DNA of 47,531 nucleotides from Chthoniobacterales bacterium (GCA_036378375.1 DASUWQ010000452.1:1-47531), one strand, 5' to 3'; positions 1-9,527 are shown, counted from the stretch's first letter. Numbers and translations are program-made. Notes: generated by a model from the letters alone, not told the origin.

Positions 1-228
1 CAGTTTGGGCAACCCCGGGGCTCGCAGGTTCCGAAGAACCGCAGCGGAGCGATCGATGCAATTATTGAGAAGGATTATGATTTCAAACGTTTCTCGCTCC
101 AAGGGAAGACCGTCTAAACCGAGCTGGCCAGCTAAGGCCGCGACCAGGTGCGGTAACCCCGATTCTTCATTCCGCGCGGGAACCACAATACAAACCTGCA
201 GCTGCGGAAGAGGAGGTGGAAGTCTCAA
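1..228 (-). CDS. glycosyltransferase family 2 protein, N-terminal part only (gene runs off the left edge)
   Basis: Not in the ORF track because it has no stop inside the window. The reverse-strand frame ending at base 1 reads (M/L)RLPPPLPQLQVCIVVPARNEESGLPHLVAALAGQLGLDGLPLERETFEIIILLNNCIDRSAAVLRNL. The VVPARNEE ... NNCxD layout is the GT2 nucleotide-sugar-binding N-terminus. The start is placed at TTG 226-228 and is uncertain. Confidence 0.55.
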   Translation of the reverse strand, partial: MRLPPPLPQLQVCIVVPARNEESGLPHLVAALAGQLGLDGLPLERETFEIIILLNNCIDRSAAVLRNLRAPGLPKL

Positions 229-293
229 TGAAAAGGAGGGTGGCGCAACCGCCTGCCGGTAGCGCCCGAGTGAATCCGACGCGGTAACCGGGG

Positions 294-1436
294 CTAGAGC
301 CGTCTCCATAGCGTATCGAAATGCTTCTCGCTTTTCAGTATGAATTGGCCGGCGCGCATCAAGACGAAATCCGGCACCGGTTGCCGCAGATACATCGTGA
401 GATCGCGCACCAGACGTTCGAGGGGATTTGGACGAAGCAGAGCGCGCGCGCCGCTTGATCGCACCGCGTGTTCGATTACTTCCAAGCCAATCCGTTCGAT
501 GGTCCGGCGCATTAATCCGGCGTAAGCTACCAACTCGTCTGGACAAGCGGCGGCTGTCTCTGCCCGAGAGGCGGCCCCCTCCAACCAAAGGTCACCGGAC
601 TGAAGCAGGGCCGCCATTTCGCCGGCGCGTATCGCTTGCTGCGGATCTTTTATTCGGTTCTCTTGCTGCAGAAAATGACGCGATGCCTCAGCGATCGCCT
701 CCGCCCCTCCTAACTGCACCGCGGCAAACCGGATGGCACCACCACTGAACCAAGGCTCGCGGTTGTAATCACCGGGTTCACCAAAAAGTGTCGTGCCATC
801 CACTTCTACTCCATCGAAATCGACACGAATGCTTTCTGTCGCGCGCATTCCCAGCGGTTGCCAGGAATCCGCGTCGCGTGCAACCTTGACCTGATCGAGG
901 GGCACGAGGCACATTTGCCAACCGCCAGCCGTGGCCGCGTTGGCAAATACCCGTTGCAGAATGGATGCTCCGGAAGCGAAGGTCTTTGCCCCGCTGAGGC
1001 GGAATCTTTGATTTGAGCTACCGACCTCCGCCAGGCTGAGCCCATCATTCGGTGCTTCAGTATTCCAAACTCCGAAAAGGCACCCATTTTGTACATCCTC
1101 ACCCGCCGCTTCGATTTGCGCTGAGGTGCCCCACTGGAGAACAAGCTGCAGCGCGTTGACATGGCCCTCATAGATTCGACCCACCGAAAGGTTTCCACGC
1201 CCGACAATCTTCAGTAAACGCAACAGATGTCGCCAGGTGCCGGGCTCAAGGCCCCAGGCCTTCCCACCCATCTCGCGCGGGATGGGAACAGCAAGAAATC
1301 CGGCTTCGCGAAGCCAGCTAAACTCGAGGCTTAGATTGCGCGCTCCGACGTCCGGTTTTTCCGCAGAAAGCGCGCACCGATCCGCGAACTCCGACGCGCG
1401 GGCGAGCACCGTCTCGGGCTCATCAAAAGGTGACAT
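294..1436 (-). CDS. acyl-CoA dehydrogenase family protein
   Basis: 380-aa ORF with the three-part ACAD layout: helical N-domain, middle beta domain (FGVWNTE, KTFASGA) and helical C-domain (IERIGLEVIEHAVRSSGARALL). Confidence 0.7.
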   Translation of the reverse strand: MSPFDEPETVLARASEFADRCALSAEKPDVGARNLSLEFSWLREAGFLAVPIPREMGGKAWGLEPGTWRHLLRLLKIVGRGNLSVGRIYEGHVNALQLVLQWGTSAQIEAAGEDVQNGCLFGVWNTEAPNDGLSLAEVGSSNQRFRLSGAKTFASGASILQRVFANAATAGGWQMCLVPLDQVKVARDADSWQPLGMRATESIRVDFDGVEVDGTTLFGEPGDYNREPWFSGGAIRFAAVQLGGAEAIAEASRHFLQQENRIKDPQQAIRAGEMAALLQSGDLWLEGAASRAETAAACPDELVAYAGLMRRTIERIGLEVIEHAVRSSGARALLRPNPLERLVRDLTMYLRQPVPDFVLMRAGQFILKSEKHFDTLWRRL

Positions 1437-1763
1437 CGCAAGAGAATCGCACGACCGCCGTCTCGCGGTTCCCCAATGCTCTTGCCGTTGGTCCTCGTTC
1501 CCGGGAGCCGTTGTCAGTACCCTCTCTCAAAAAGAGACGGCGTGTGCCACAGAGAAAGCAGCACTTTCCCAGCGTCACCGGTTCAAATACCATTCAGTAG
1601 ACCCGGAAAACGCCGAACTCGACCATGACAGAGGATGTGCTTCATTCTTTCGGCCTTAGCGGTGGTTTTGGTGTTAGTCGCTTATCGTAGCATCGGAATT
1701 TGATCGAAGAGAATGGGTCCCCCGTTGCTGAGTAGGACCAGCTTGTACCATTTGGTCAAGTCG

Positions 1764-2615
1764 CTATTTTCGGAAAATGTCCGGACAAGTGGAGATCGGT
1801 ACTGTAACGAATTCCGGTGCTCGCGGGTTCCCTTCTACTACTTCAGTTTCAATGGCGACTTCCATTTCCGTAAGAGCGGCGTTTCCGAAAATTGTTGCAA
1901 AGGAAGTATCCGCGGCATCCCTTCCTTGCCCGATCCGAACCAAACTGGACTGTGGGGAAAGCCGTGTCGGGTCAAAAAGAATCCATTGCCCACCTAGAAA
2001 GGCCTCAAAGTGCGCGTGAAAGTCCGGCGGGTTAAGCCCATAGGCATAGCAACTGACGAAACGAGCCGGAATACCCAGTGCGCGACAAAGAGCAATGCCT
2101 AAGTGGGCAAAGTCCCGACAGACGCCAGCCCGTTGAGTTGCAGTATCGAAAGCGGAGGTACTGGCGGTTGTTAGTCCCGGCAAATATTCGACATATTCAT
2201 AGATCCAATTGCAGATTCGAGTAACACGCTCGAAGCCAGACTCTGTCTGTTGGAACTCTCGTTTGGCAAATCGACCTAATAGGTCGGCTTGGCAAAACCG
2301 GCTGGGATAGAGAAAGACCAGAGCTTCTGCGGTTAGCTCATGCAGTGGCTGCACCTCCAAGCTGTCCCGGCTGGGCAATCGAGGATTCAAATCAACCACT
2401 GCCGTGTAGTCGAGCTCCAGCCGGTCTCCTTTCGAAAAAGCACGGTGGAATCGCTGACGGCCAATCAGCAATTCCGGCAACGAGGTTCCACCGATCAGTT
2501 GAAAATCCTCCTGAACGGACTTCTGAAGAGTATTCTGCTGAGCCGCAACGTTGAAAAGGAAAGAAGCCTGTCCTGTGACGGCGTAGCCGAGACGACATTT
2601 GATTCGAAATTGCAT
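1764..2615 (-). CDS. transglutaminase-like family protein
   Basis: 283-aa ORF. It has the core Cys motif GVCRDFAHLGIALCRALGIPARFVSCY, followed by His (DFHAHFEAFLGGQW) and Asp (LFDPT) of the transglutaminase/cysteine-protease fold. Confidence 0.8.
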   Translation of the reverse strand: MQFRIKCRLGYAVTGQASFLFNVAAQQNTLQKSVQEDFQLIGGTSLPELLIGRQRFHRAFSKGDRLELDYTAVVDLNPRLPSRDSLEVQPLHELTAEALVFLYPSRFCQADLLGRFAKREFQQTESGFERVTRICNWIYEYVEYLPGLTTASTSAFDTATQRAGVCRDFAHLGIALCRALGIPARFVSCYAYGLNPPDFHAHFEAFLGGQWILFDPTRLSPQSSLVRIGQGRDAADTSFATIFGNAALTEMEVAIETEVVEGNPRAPEFVTVPISTCPDIFRK

Positions 2616-2854
2616 TGCCGGAACCCTTCAGAAGGCACTCGAAGAGGAGATGGCCACGGACCAGAACTAACCCCCGGTGCGGAGAGCGATCGGAGTGGCA
2701 CCGCGACGCGGATGGCAGCAAAATAATCTCTGGCCAAAAGTTTTTGCTGCCGGATTAATGAGTCTGCAAAGTTTTGGACACCCAGTTTCGCAATTGGTCA
2801 ACATGCAGCGAAATCAGACGCCAGCAAATCATAGGCTTCGTGTTCCCACAAGCG

Positions 2855-3088
2855 CTAGGCCCGATCAGTCATTTCTGTCACACCGGCCTGCGAAGCGCAA
2901 TGGGCGCAGCAGTAGATTCTTTTGTCCTTTTCCATGCCATGTCCGATGATCCGGCACCCGCAATGAGGACAGGTGGGGGCCAAGGCATGAATTGCGCATT
3001 CAAAACTATCAAAGACGTGTTTTTCTCGGCCAATGCTGATTTCGAATGCCTTGTCGTAGTCGTTTCCGCAGGTTTCACATTTTGCCAT
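2855..3088 (-). CDS. small cysteine-rich putative metal-binding protein
   Basis: 77 aa with CETC, a lone C, CPHCGC and CCAHC clusters (9 Cys plus several His). Composition is balanced and there is no overlapping better ORF. Function unknown. Confidence 0.55.
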   Translation of the reverse strand: MAKCETCGNDYDKAFEISIGREKHVFDSFECAIHALAPTCPHCGCRIIGHGMEKDKRIYCCAHCASQAGVTEMTDRA

Positions 3089-3254
3089 TGCGTATCCTCA
3101 GCTTAGCGTTCGACTGCCGGTCCTGAGGTGGTCGTTTTTCGGCGTTTGAAAAAGCGGCGGGGCTGGCAATTCAGATGCCGCAGCATCAGCCAATCGGGAG
3201 GCGCTATTTTGGATGTCAATCTTCTCGCGCTTGCTCCAAGCAGCAAACTACGGT

Positions 3255-4265
3255 TTAAATCGGCATCTGGCCGCCGGTGGCGCCGTAAACTTCCCCCGAC
3301 ACGTAACTACTGAGATCACTGGCTAAGAAAACAAATATCGGCGCGATCTCAGCAGGTTGAGCGGCACGCCCAAAGACAGTCTTTGAGCCGAATTCCTTCA
3401 CCTTATTTTTAGGCAATGTCGAAGGGATTAGTGGAGTCCACACCGGGCCTGGAGCGACCGCATTTACCCGGACCCCCTGTTTGCTGGCGAGACTTGCTAA
3501 TGATCGCGTGAAACTAACGATAGCCGCCTTAGTGGACGCGTAAGCGATCAGCGTTGGGGTGGGGTCGAAAGATTGGATCGAGCCGGTATTAATGATCGTT
3601 CCGCCAGGCCCCATCTGCGGGAGCAACGCTTTGCACAGGCGAAACATCGCGAACACGTTTACCCGATAAGTCTCCTCGAACTCGTCCTCCGAGATATCTT
3701 CAAAATTGTCGTACGACCGCTGAAAAGCCGCATTGTTGACTAGAATATCGATACTGCCGAAGGCATCGACCGCTTCTCGAGCGATCCGCTCGGTTACTGA
3801 TCGGTCACTGATATCGCCGGGAAGAAGAGCGGCTTTGCGGCCGGCCTCAGTCACCAGGTTTTCGGTCTTCTTAGCGTCCTGGTGCTCCGACAGGTAAGAA
3901 ATCGCAACGTCGGCTCCCTCTCTCGCGAAAGCCAGAGCAACAGCCCGACCGATTCCGCTGTCTGCTCCCGTAATTAACGCATGGCGATCTTTCAGTCTGC
4001 CTGTGCCATGATAGGTCGACTCTCCATGGTCCACTTTCGGAATCATTTCCTTCTCAATTCCGGGAGGCGATTGCTGCGTCTCCGGGTAGGGCGGCTGTTG
4101 GTATAGGGTACGAGGATCTTGCGCCTTCACGGATGCGTTTACTCCTGGTTTTTGGAAACGGGTCGTTCCCACAGTGGCGACTGGCTGCGTTGGTGTTGGC
4201 AGAGGGCTTTTCTTCAGCGCTGCGGTTAAGAACAGGTGGATAAGTCCTTGCTCCGTGGGAGCCAA
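3255..4265 (-). CDS. SDR family oxidoreductase (YghA / YdaD general-stress-protein-39-like)
   Basis: Contains RLKDRHALITGADSGIGRAVALAFAREGADV (TGxxxGIG), NNAA and YxxxK (YASTKAA). The region before the Rossmann fold (YQQPPYPETQQSPPGIEKEMIPKVDHGESTYHGTGRL) aligns with the YghA-type N-terminus. The true start may be internal to the ORF. Confidence 0.85.
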   Translation of the reverse strand: MAPTEQGLIHLFLTAALKKSPLPTPTQPVATVGTTRFQKPGVNASVKAQDPRTLYQQPPYPETQQSPPGIEKEMIPKVDHGESTYHGTGRLKDRHALITGADSGIGRAVALAFAREGADVAISYLSEHQDAKKTENLVTEAGRKAALLPGDISDRSVTERIAREAVDAFGSIDILVNNAAFQRSYDNFEDISEDEFEETYRVNVFAMFRLCKALLPQMGPGGTIINTGSIQSFDPTPTLIAYASTKAAIVSFTRSLASLASKQGVRVNAVAPGPVWTPLIPSTLPKNKVKEFGSKTVFGRAAQPAEIAPIFVFLASDLSSYVSGEVYGATGGQMPI

Positions 4266-4301
4266 ATCTTTGGAGCAAAACGGCCAAAATAAATAGGGCT
4301 A

Positions 4302-4373
4302 GCTCCGTTAGAGCGATATCTGTCCACAGCGGCCAATTTGGCCCCTCGATCTCGATGCCGCTCCTAACGGAGC
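4302..4373. repeat. REP-A pair in inverted orientation (GCTCC-GTA/TTA-GGAGC hairpin units)
   Basis: gctccgttagagc lies at 4302-4314 and gctcctaacggagc at 4360-4373. Each unit is itself a 5-bp stem hairpin. Confidence 0.85.
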
Positions 4374-4436
4374 TTACGACAGTTTGGTCCTTGCATCTAT
4401 TTAGACGCAGCTCCTCCCGAGCCAGAAAGACCGGAC

Positions 4437-4619
4437 CTAACTTTCAAGTATGTGCCGCACTTCTTCTGCGCTCTTACCTAACTTCTTTTGAAGCCGGCCA
4501 ACGAGTTCGTCGTCCTTTCCTTCCGCATATGTCAAATCGTCATCGGTTAACTGAGCGTACTTTTGTTTAAGTTTACCTTTGATTTCATTCCAAGAGCCTT
4601 TGAATTGGAGCCTGTTCAT
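4437..4619 (-). CDS. CsbD family stress-response protein
   Basis: Internal ATG at 4619 gives 60 aa: MNRLQFKGSWNEIKGKLKQKYAQLTDDDLTYAEGKDDELVGRLQKKLGKSAEEVRHILES. This is the typical CsbD repeat. The longer track ORF (to 4868) is implausible upstream. Confidence 0.85.
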   Translation of the reverse strand: MNRLQFKGSWNEIKGKLKQKYAQLTDDDLTYAEGKDDELVGRLQKKLGKSAEEVRHILES

Positions 4620-4687
4620 ATTGATAATTCGTGGCTGCATTGTTAGGCGGTCGTCGAAATCGCCGGCCGATTTTACAATTGTTCCAG

Positions 4688-4831
4688 TCAGGGAGCTCGG
4701 CCTTGAATTAGGCGAATAACCAAGACGATCACTGCAATTACCAAGAGGATATGAATGAAACCTCCGGCCACATGTCCGATGAATCCAAGTAGCCAAAGCA
4801 CGAGTAGAATGACGAAAATAGTCCAAAGCAT
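4688..4831 (-). CDS. lmo0937-family small membrane protein
   Basis: Below the ORF-track size cut-off. ATG at 4831 to TGA at 4688-4690 gives MLWTIFVILLVLWLLGFIGHVAGGFIHILLVIAVIVLVIRLIQGRAP (47 aa, two TM helices). It is typical of this family and lies directly upstream of csbD-like. Confidence 0.65.
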   Translation of the reverse strand: MLWTIFVILLVLWLLGFIGHVAGGFIHILLVIAVIVLVIRLIQGRAP

Positions 4832-4922
4832 AAAATTTCTCTCCTGTCGCTGAACTAGCGCGCAGCAAGATTTCGCGTAACGTCGCCTAAATGGATTGCT
4901 CTAACCGGGCAGAAAAGAATTA

Positions 4923-5618
4923 ATGGAAGCAATCTTAGGAGGACATCGGGTTTTTCTTCTGTCGCCAGCCAACGTCGTGGGGAGACGTGCTCAAATCTTG
5001 CTGAATACAGCAGCGCCCTTCGAGCTGGCTCGAAGACTTCATGATGGCGAGGCGGTTACGTTGGCCGAGGCCTTCAGTTTTATGAGTGGGCTTTATTTTC
5101 GGGGCAAATTGGCGTATGCCCGCGCCTTTGCCCATCCAGCCGAAGGAAAGCCGGGAGCGTATGTGATCACCAGTAACCGCGGGTTGCTTCCGATCGACAC
5201 GGTTATAACCGCCCAAGAGTTAGCTTCGTTTTCCGGAGCGCCTATAGATGCTCAAAACAAGGCGTATAGTGAACCACTAGTGCGGACCGCCCTGGCGCTG
5301 GCTAGCGCGAGTCCAAGTGACTGCTCCATCGTTTTACTTGGGAGCGTTGCATCCGGAAAGTACACTGATCATCTGCTCCCAATCTTCGGGACTAACCTGC
5401 AATTCCCGTCAGAATTTGTTGGCCGGGGAGATATGAGTCGCGGCGGCCTCTTGCTTAGAAGTGCGGCCGCCAATCAAATGCTGAACCACGTGCCGGTGGC
5501 GGGCGCATTGTTAAAGGGTAAGCGGCCACCGAAGTTGATTCCGCTGGGATGCCGCAACGACAAGAAAGACAAAATAGCCGCAAAAGAACGTAAGGAACGC
5601 AAAGAAAAAACAGGATAG
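4923..5618 (+). CDS. conserved hypothetical protein
   Basis: 231-aa ORF with coding-like composition (GSVASGKYTDHLLPIFG, GRGDMSRGGLLLR). I recognise no family. The last ~15 aa (KIAAKERKERKEKTG) are encoded by an intergenic-type repeat. Confidence 0.5.
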   Translation: MEAILGGHRVFLLSPANVVGRRAQILLNTAAPFELARRLHDGEAVTLAEAFSFMSGLYFRGKLAYARAFAHPAEGKPGAYVITSNRGLLPIDTVITAQELASFSGAPIDAQNKAYSEPLVRTALALASASPSDCSIVLLGSVASGKYTDHLLPIFGTNLQFPSEFVGRGDMSRGGLLLRSAAANQMLNHVPVAGALLKGKRPPKLIPLGCRNDKKDKIAAKERKERKEKTG

Positions 5619-5771
5619 GACGGCTCAGCTCAGCGAAGCGGCGAAGTCAACGTAGGCGGAGAATCCATCGCGAAATCCGAGCCGACTCTAGGTGTTTTGC
5701 TGTTCCTCAAATGGGCTGGCAGTTTCTTCTCAGTGATTCTTGCGTTTCCTGCGCTCTTTTGCGGCTATTCC
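5571..5771. repeat. inverted pair of AAAGAACGCAA-type repeats (about 37-nt arms, about 120-nt spacer)
   Basis: The left arm is aaaatagccgcaaaagaacgtaaggaacgcaaagaa (5571-). The right arm is gattcttgcgtttcctgcgctcttttgcggctattcc (5735-5771). Related copies lie at about 10811-10850, 17349-17389 and 20091-20128. Confidence 0.8.
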
Positions 5772-5905
5772 AGCTCCTGTCTTGATCTTTGCGGCTTTGC
5801 GCGTTTGCGTGAAATTTTTCTTCGGGTGCCGCGCTGGCCCGCTGTGGCATGACCGCATTGCTGTACGACCAAGAATGATGTGCGATCCGAAGGCTTTACG
5901 GACGT

Positions 5906-6985
5906 ATGTGTCGTGGAGTTCGGTTGTTAGCGCCGATTCTTTTGGTCGTCGTGGTGTTGCCCGCCCCGAGAGCTGCCGGATTCCAGAATTCATCTTCACC
6001 GCCGGCGGTTACGCCCAGCGTTGAGCCTAATGTTTCGCATCAACCGGCGCCGGCGCCATCACCGGGGTCCAGTCCCTCGGTCTCCCCGGCAACCCCAAGG
6101 GCTACTCCTATTCGTGACCGTGAGACAATCGTCCGTCTAAAGATTTTTTTAGACCAACACTCGTTTGGTCCCGGAGAAATCGATGATCGCTGGACTGATC
6201 TCTGCGCGAATGCGCTGCGACTTTATCAAAGCGCGAACGGGCGTGACGCCGGACTCGACCAAGAGCTAAAGCAAGAACTAACCGATCTTGCGCCGTTATA
6301 TATCGATTATCAGATCAATTCCGATGATTTGGCCTGGGTGGGTAAATCTCCGCAGAAACCAGCCGCTCAGGCTAAACGTAAGTCGATGCCTTATCCATCA
6401 ATCGCGGATTTCGTTGCTGAACGTTTCCATACCAATGCGTCGTTTCTGGCCAAACTAAATCGAGGAAAGAACCTCACTAAGTTGCAGCCCGGCGACACCG
6501 TGCAGGTCCCGAATGTGCCTCCGCTGGAGCTTTCTGGGCTTAAGCCAGCCGATGATGTTCCTCCCAGACCTCAGCTCAAAAGTCACCGGGTAGAAATCGA
6601 TACTAAAAACAAAATTTTAACCATCACAGATGAGGGGAAAATATTAGCCGCTTTTCCGATCACTCCGGGCTCAAAACAGCTGCCGGCTCCAATTGGAACC
6701 TGGCAAATAGTGAAAGTAGCAACTTTGCCCTGGTTCCGCTGGGACAAAGCGATGCTAACGCACGGCAAACGGAGCAGCGATTTTCATAATATTCCTCCAG
6801 GACCTCGAAATGAGGTAGGACTTGTGTGGATCGGTCTGAACAAAAAAGGCATCGGAATTCATGGAACGAATAGCCCGGACACGATTGGCCGTTCCGCCAG
6901 CCACGGCTGTATTCGCCTGGCGAATTGGGACGCGATTCGCGTGCTGGATGACGTGACGCAGGGGGATACTGTTGTGATCAAGTGA
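5906..6985 (+). CDS. L,D-transpeptidase family protein (YkuD domain) with signal peptide and Pro-rich linker
   Basis: N-terminal hydrophobic signal (LLAPILLVVVVLPAPRAAG). The C-terminal YkuD catalytic motif is IGIHGTNSPDTIGRSASHGCIRLANWD. Confidence 0.85.
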   Translation: MCRGVRLLAPILLVVVVLPAPRAAGFQNSSSPPAVTPSVEPNVSHQPAPAPSPGSSPSVSPATPRATPIRDRETIVRLKIFLDQHSFGPGEIDDRWTDLCANALRLYQSANGRDAGLDQELKQELTDLAPLYIDYQINSDDLAWVGKSPQKPAAQAKRKSMPYPSIADFVAERFHTNASFLAKLNRGKNLTKLQPGDTVQVPNVPPLELSGLKPADDVPPRPQLKSHRVEIDTKNKILTITDEGKILAAFPITPGSKQLPAPIGTWQIVKVATLPWFRWDKAMLTHGKRSSDFHNIPPGPRNEVGLVWIGLNKKGIGIHGTNSPDTIGRSASHGCIRLANWDAIRVLDDVTQGDTVVIK

Positions 6986-7081
6986 CCGTACTTGATCGTG
7001 AGCTCAAGTCGGGCGGCGTCGAAGTCTGGTGTTCTAATAGGTCCGAGGTTCCGGAGTCCTTCGAATTACTTACGGTAACCA

Positions 7082-8098
7082 ATGAAGAATGGTAATGCTC
7101 GAAGAGTGATCGTGGTCACTGGTGCGTCAGCGGGTTTGGGCCGAGCTATCGCCCGTGCCTTCGCGCGCAGTGAAAGAGCCCGCCTTGGTTTGATCGCACG
7201 CGGGAAGGTCGGACTTGAAGCCGCTAAAAGCGACGTAGAAGCTTTGGGTGGCGAAGCATTGATTTTGCCGGCCGATGTTGCTGACGCTGACGCAGTCGAG
7301 GCGGCAGCCGGAAAAGTGGAATCTGAATTTGGGCCAATTGATGTCTGGGTGAACGACGCAATGACTAGCGTTTTTTCGCCAGTCAAAGAGATGACTCCTG
7401 CTGAATTTAGGCGGGTAACCGAGGTTAATTATCTGGGTTTTGTTAATGGCACCTTAGCAGCGCTTAAGCGAATGCTGCCCCGAGATCGCGGTGCGATCAT
7501 CCAGGTTGGTAGTGCCTTGGCCTATCGCGGTATCCCACTTCAGGCAGCATATTGCGCCAGCAAGCACGCGATCCAAGGTTTTATGGATTCGTTGCGCAGT
7601 GAGCTGATCCACGACAAAAGCAATGTTCGGGTGACAATGGTTCAGATGCCCGCTATGAACACTCCGCAGTTCGATTGGGTAAAAAGCCGTCTACGAAGAA
7701 AGGCACAGCCGGTGCCGCCTATTTATCAGCCGGAGGTCGGAGCTAAAGCCGTTGTCTATGCTTCGCGCCATCCGCGCCGAGAGATTTTTGTCGGGTTGCC
7801 AACGGTAAAGGCGATCATTGGCAACCGGCTTTTCCCGGGTCTGTTGGACCGATATTTAGCACGTACCGGTTTCAAAGGCCAACAGACGGACGAACCGGAA
7901 AACCCAAACCGGCCCTTCAACCTCTATGAGCCAGTCCCGGGCGACCACGGCGCCCACGGACGATTTGATGGCCAAGCTCATACTAACAGCGCTCAACTTT
8001 GGACTGATCTTCACCGCAATGCATTAATTAGTTTGGTTCTCTGCGGCCTGGTGGCAATTGCACTGGCCTGGCTTAAACGCCAAGCGTCTTCAAAATAG
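7082..8098 (+). CDS. SDR family oxidoreductase with C-terminal membrane anchor
   Basis: Contains VIVVTGASAGLGRAIARAFA (TGxxxGxG), NDAM and YCASKHA (YxxxK). The C-terminal hydrophobic helix is LISLVLCGLVAIALAWL. Confidence 0.85.
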   Translation: MKNGNARRVIVVTGASAGLGRAIARAFARSERARLGLIARGKVGLEAAKSDVEALGGEALILPADVADADAVEAAAGKVESEFGPIDVWVNDAMTSVFSPVKEMTPAEFRRVTEVNYLGFVNGTLAALKRMLPRDRGAIIQVGSALAYRGIPLQAAYCASKHAIQGFMDSLRSELIHDKSNVRVTMVQMPAMNTPQFDWVKSRLRRKAQPVPPIYQPEVGAKAVVYASRHPRREIFVGLPTVKAIIGNRLFPGLLDRYLARTGFKGQQTDEPENPNRPFNLYEPVPGDHGAHGRFDGQAHTNSAQLWTDLHRNALISLVLCGLVAIALAWLKRQASSK

Positions 8099-8254
8099 CT
8101 CTTGTGGGCGTGTATTCGTTTGCCCGGAGCCGCTTCGCGGCTAATACCCGGCAACCGAACCTTGGGCGTGATGCGAATATAGTGATGGGCAGAATTCGTA
8201 ATTTGCTCGTGATTGATGACGAGCGGTACCCCGAAAACAGCTGTCCTCGCAATT

Positions 8255-8413
8255 ATGACGACAACTAAACAACGTACTGCTGCGCGAAAGAATATCAAAA
8301 AAGCTGCTAGTGCAGCCAAACGGAAGCGAACGGTTTCCCACCTACCCAAGAGCGTTAGGACTGCTCTGGGAAAAGAAGGGGCCAAAGCGGCTCGTAAAAA
8401 GAGAGCGAGTTAG
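8255..8413 (+). CDS. small highly basic protein (unknown function)
   Basis: ATG at 8255 gives MTTTKQRTAARKNIKKAASAAKRKRTVSHLPKSVRTALGKEGAKAARKKRAS (52 aa, Lys/Arg/Ala-rich). I recall similar small proteins from other soil bacteria, but this is not verified. Confidence 0.45.
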   Translation: MTTTKQRTAARKNIKKAASAAKRKRTVSHLPKSVRTALGKEGAKAARKKRAS

Positions 8414-8444
8414 CCAGAAAACAAGCAATTTGGAGCAGCGATAA

Positions 8445-8915
8445 ATGAGAGCCAAGTTAATCGATGACCCGGCCCACGACGCCGGGGCGGCCAGCCAAAA
8501 AACGTTTGCGCTCATTTTTAACACCGGTGATCAGGTGGTTTCGGGCTTGAAAGCGTTTGCAGGAGAACAGCATTTGGCGGCAAGTCACTTCACTGCGATC
8601 GGGGCGTTCAAGAATGTCACCCTCGGATACTTCGATTGGGAGAAAAAGGATTACATTAAGATCCCAATTCGCGAACAGGTCGAGGTTCTGTCGTTGGTGG
8701 GTGATGTTACGATTAGCGACGGCAAATCTAATATCCATGCACACGTTGTCCTGGGAAGGCGCGACGGTTCGACCTGTGGCGGCCACCTTATCGAAGCTGA
8801 GGTACGCCCCACGCTCGAAGTGATTCTGACCGAGTCTCCTGCCCATTTGGAACGCCGATTCGATAAAGAAGCCGGTCTTGCTTTGATATCATTAGAGTCG
8901 AGTACGAGAAACTAA
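8445..8915 (+). CDS. PPC (DUF296) domain-containing protein
   Basis: 156 aa. It shows a typical PPC/DUF296 pattern: FALIFNTGDQVVSGLKAFAGEQHL, GAFKNVTLGYFD, VLSLVGDV, HAHVVLG, GGHL. Confidence 0.8.
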   Translation: MRAKLIDDPAHDAGAASQKTFALIFNTGDQVVSGLKAFAGEQHLAASHFTAIGAFKNVTLGYFDWEKKDYIKIPIREQVEVLSLVGDVTISDGKSNIHAHVVLGRRDGSTCGGHLIEAEVRPTLEVILTESPAHLERRFDKEAGLALISLESSTRN

Positions 8916-8920
8916 TCAGA

Positions 8921-9496
8921 TTGATTGGCAGGATAACGGATGGCTCGATTGATGACGAAACAACGGTCTTTTCACAACGCAAAATCTTTCTCCTGATCAG
9001 CGACCACCTCGTTGAAAAGGGGCCGTCCTTTCCTGATCCGGTAGATATGTCATTAGAGATGGCAAGCGGAAACGTGACTGTGCATAGGATCGACGGCGCA
9101 GGCAAAGTCCGGATAGATACCTATCATTTCGATTTTCCGCCGGATTTAGCCAATGGCCTGGTTCTAACATTGTTGAAAAATATCTCGTGGAATGCCCCTG
9201 AAACTAAGATTTCTTATCTCGCTCCGGGGTCGAAACCGGTGCTGGTCAAACTAGCAATTTCACCTGGTGATCAAGAGAAATTCTCGATCCAAGGATCTCC
9301 GGAGAAAGCCAATCGTTTTGTTGTCCGGCCGCAAATTGAAGGAATTCCTGGTCTACTGACGTCCATTTTTGGCAAGCAACCACCTGATACTTACGTCTGG
9401 GTTCTGGATAGCGAAGCTCCAATTTTTCTCAAGGTGCAAAGCCCGGCATATGAAGGAGGGCCGATTTGGATCACGGAATTGGCCAGTCCGCAGTAA
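8921..9496 (+). CDS. hypothetical protein
   Basis: 191-aa ORF with a TTG start 5 nt after the preceding stop. Composition is coding-like, there is no signal peptide and no family is recognised. The true start may be internal. Confidence 0.4.
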   Translation: MIGRITDGSIDDETTVFSQRKIFLLISDHLVEKGPSFPDPVDMSLEMASGNVTVHRIDGAGKVRIDTYHFDFPPDLANGLVLTLLKNISWNAPETKISYLAPGSKPVLVKLAISPGDQEKFSIQGSPEKANRFVVRPQIEGIPGLLTSIFGKQPPDTYVWVLDSEAPIFLKVQSPAYEGGPIWITELASPQ

Positions 9497-9527
9497 AGGA
9501 GCGATTTTAGAAATGCCCTTCGATGTC

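Noticed and set aside
5-262. 85-aa plus-strand ORF at the left edge.
   Set aside because: Its composition is Arg/Gly/Ser-rich and non-protein-like. The opposite strand encodes a clear GT2 N-terminus (VVPARNEE), so this is a shadow ORF.
4620-4690. GGAAC-N18-CGATT on the minus strand upstream of csbD-like, resembling the alphaproteobacterial EcfG general-stress promoter (GGAAC-N16/17-CGTT).
   Set aside because: The spacing and the -10 element do not match. I could not find the motif upstream of the other stress genes, and the lineage is probably not alphaproteobacterial.
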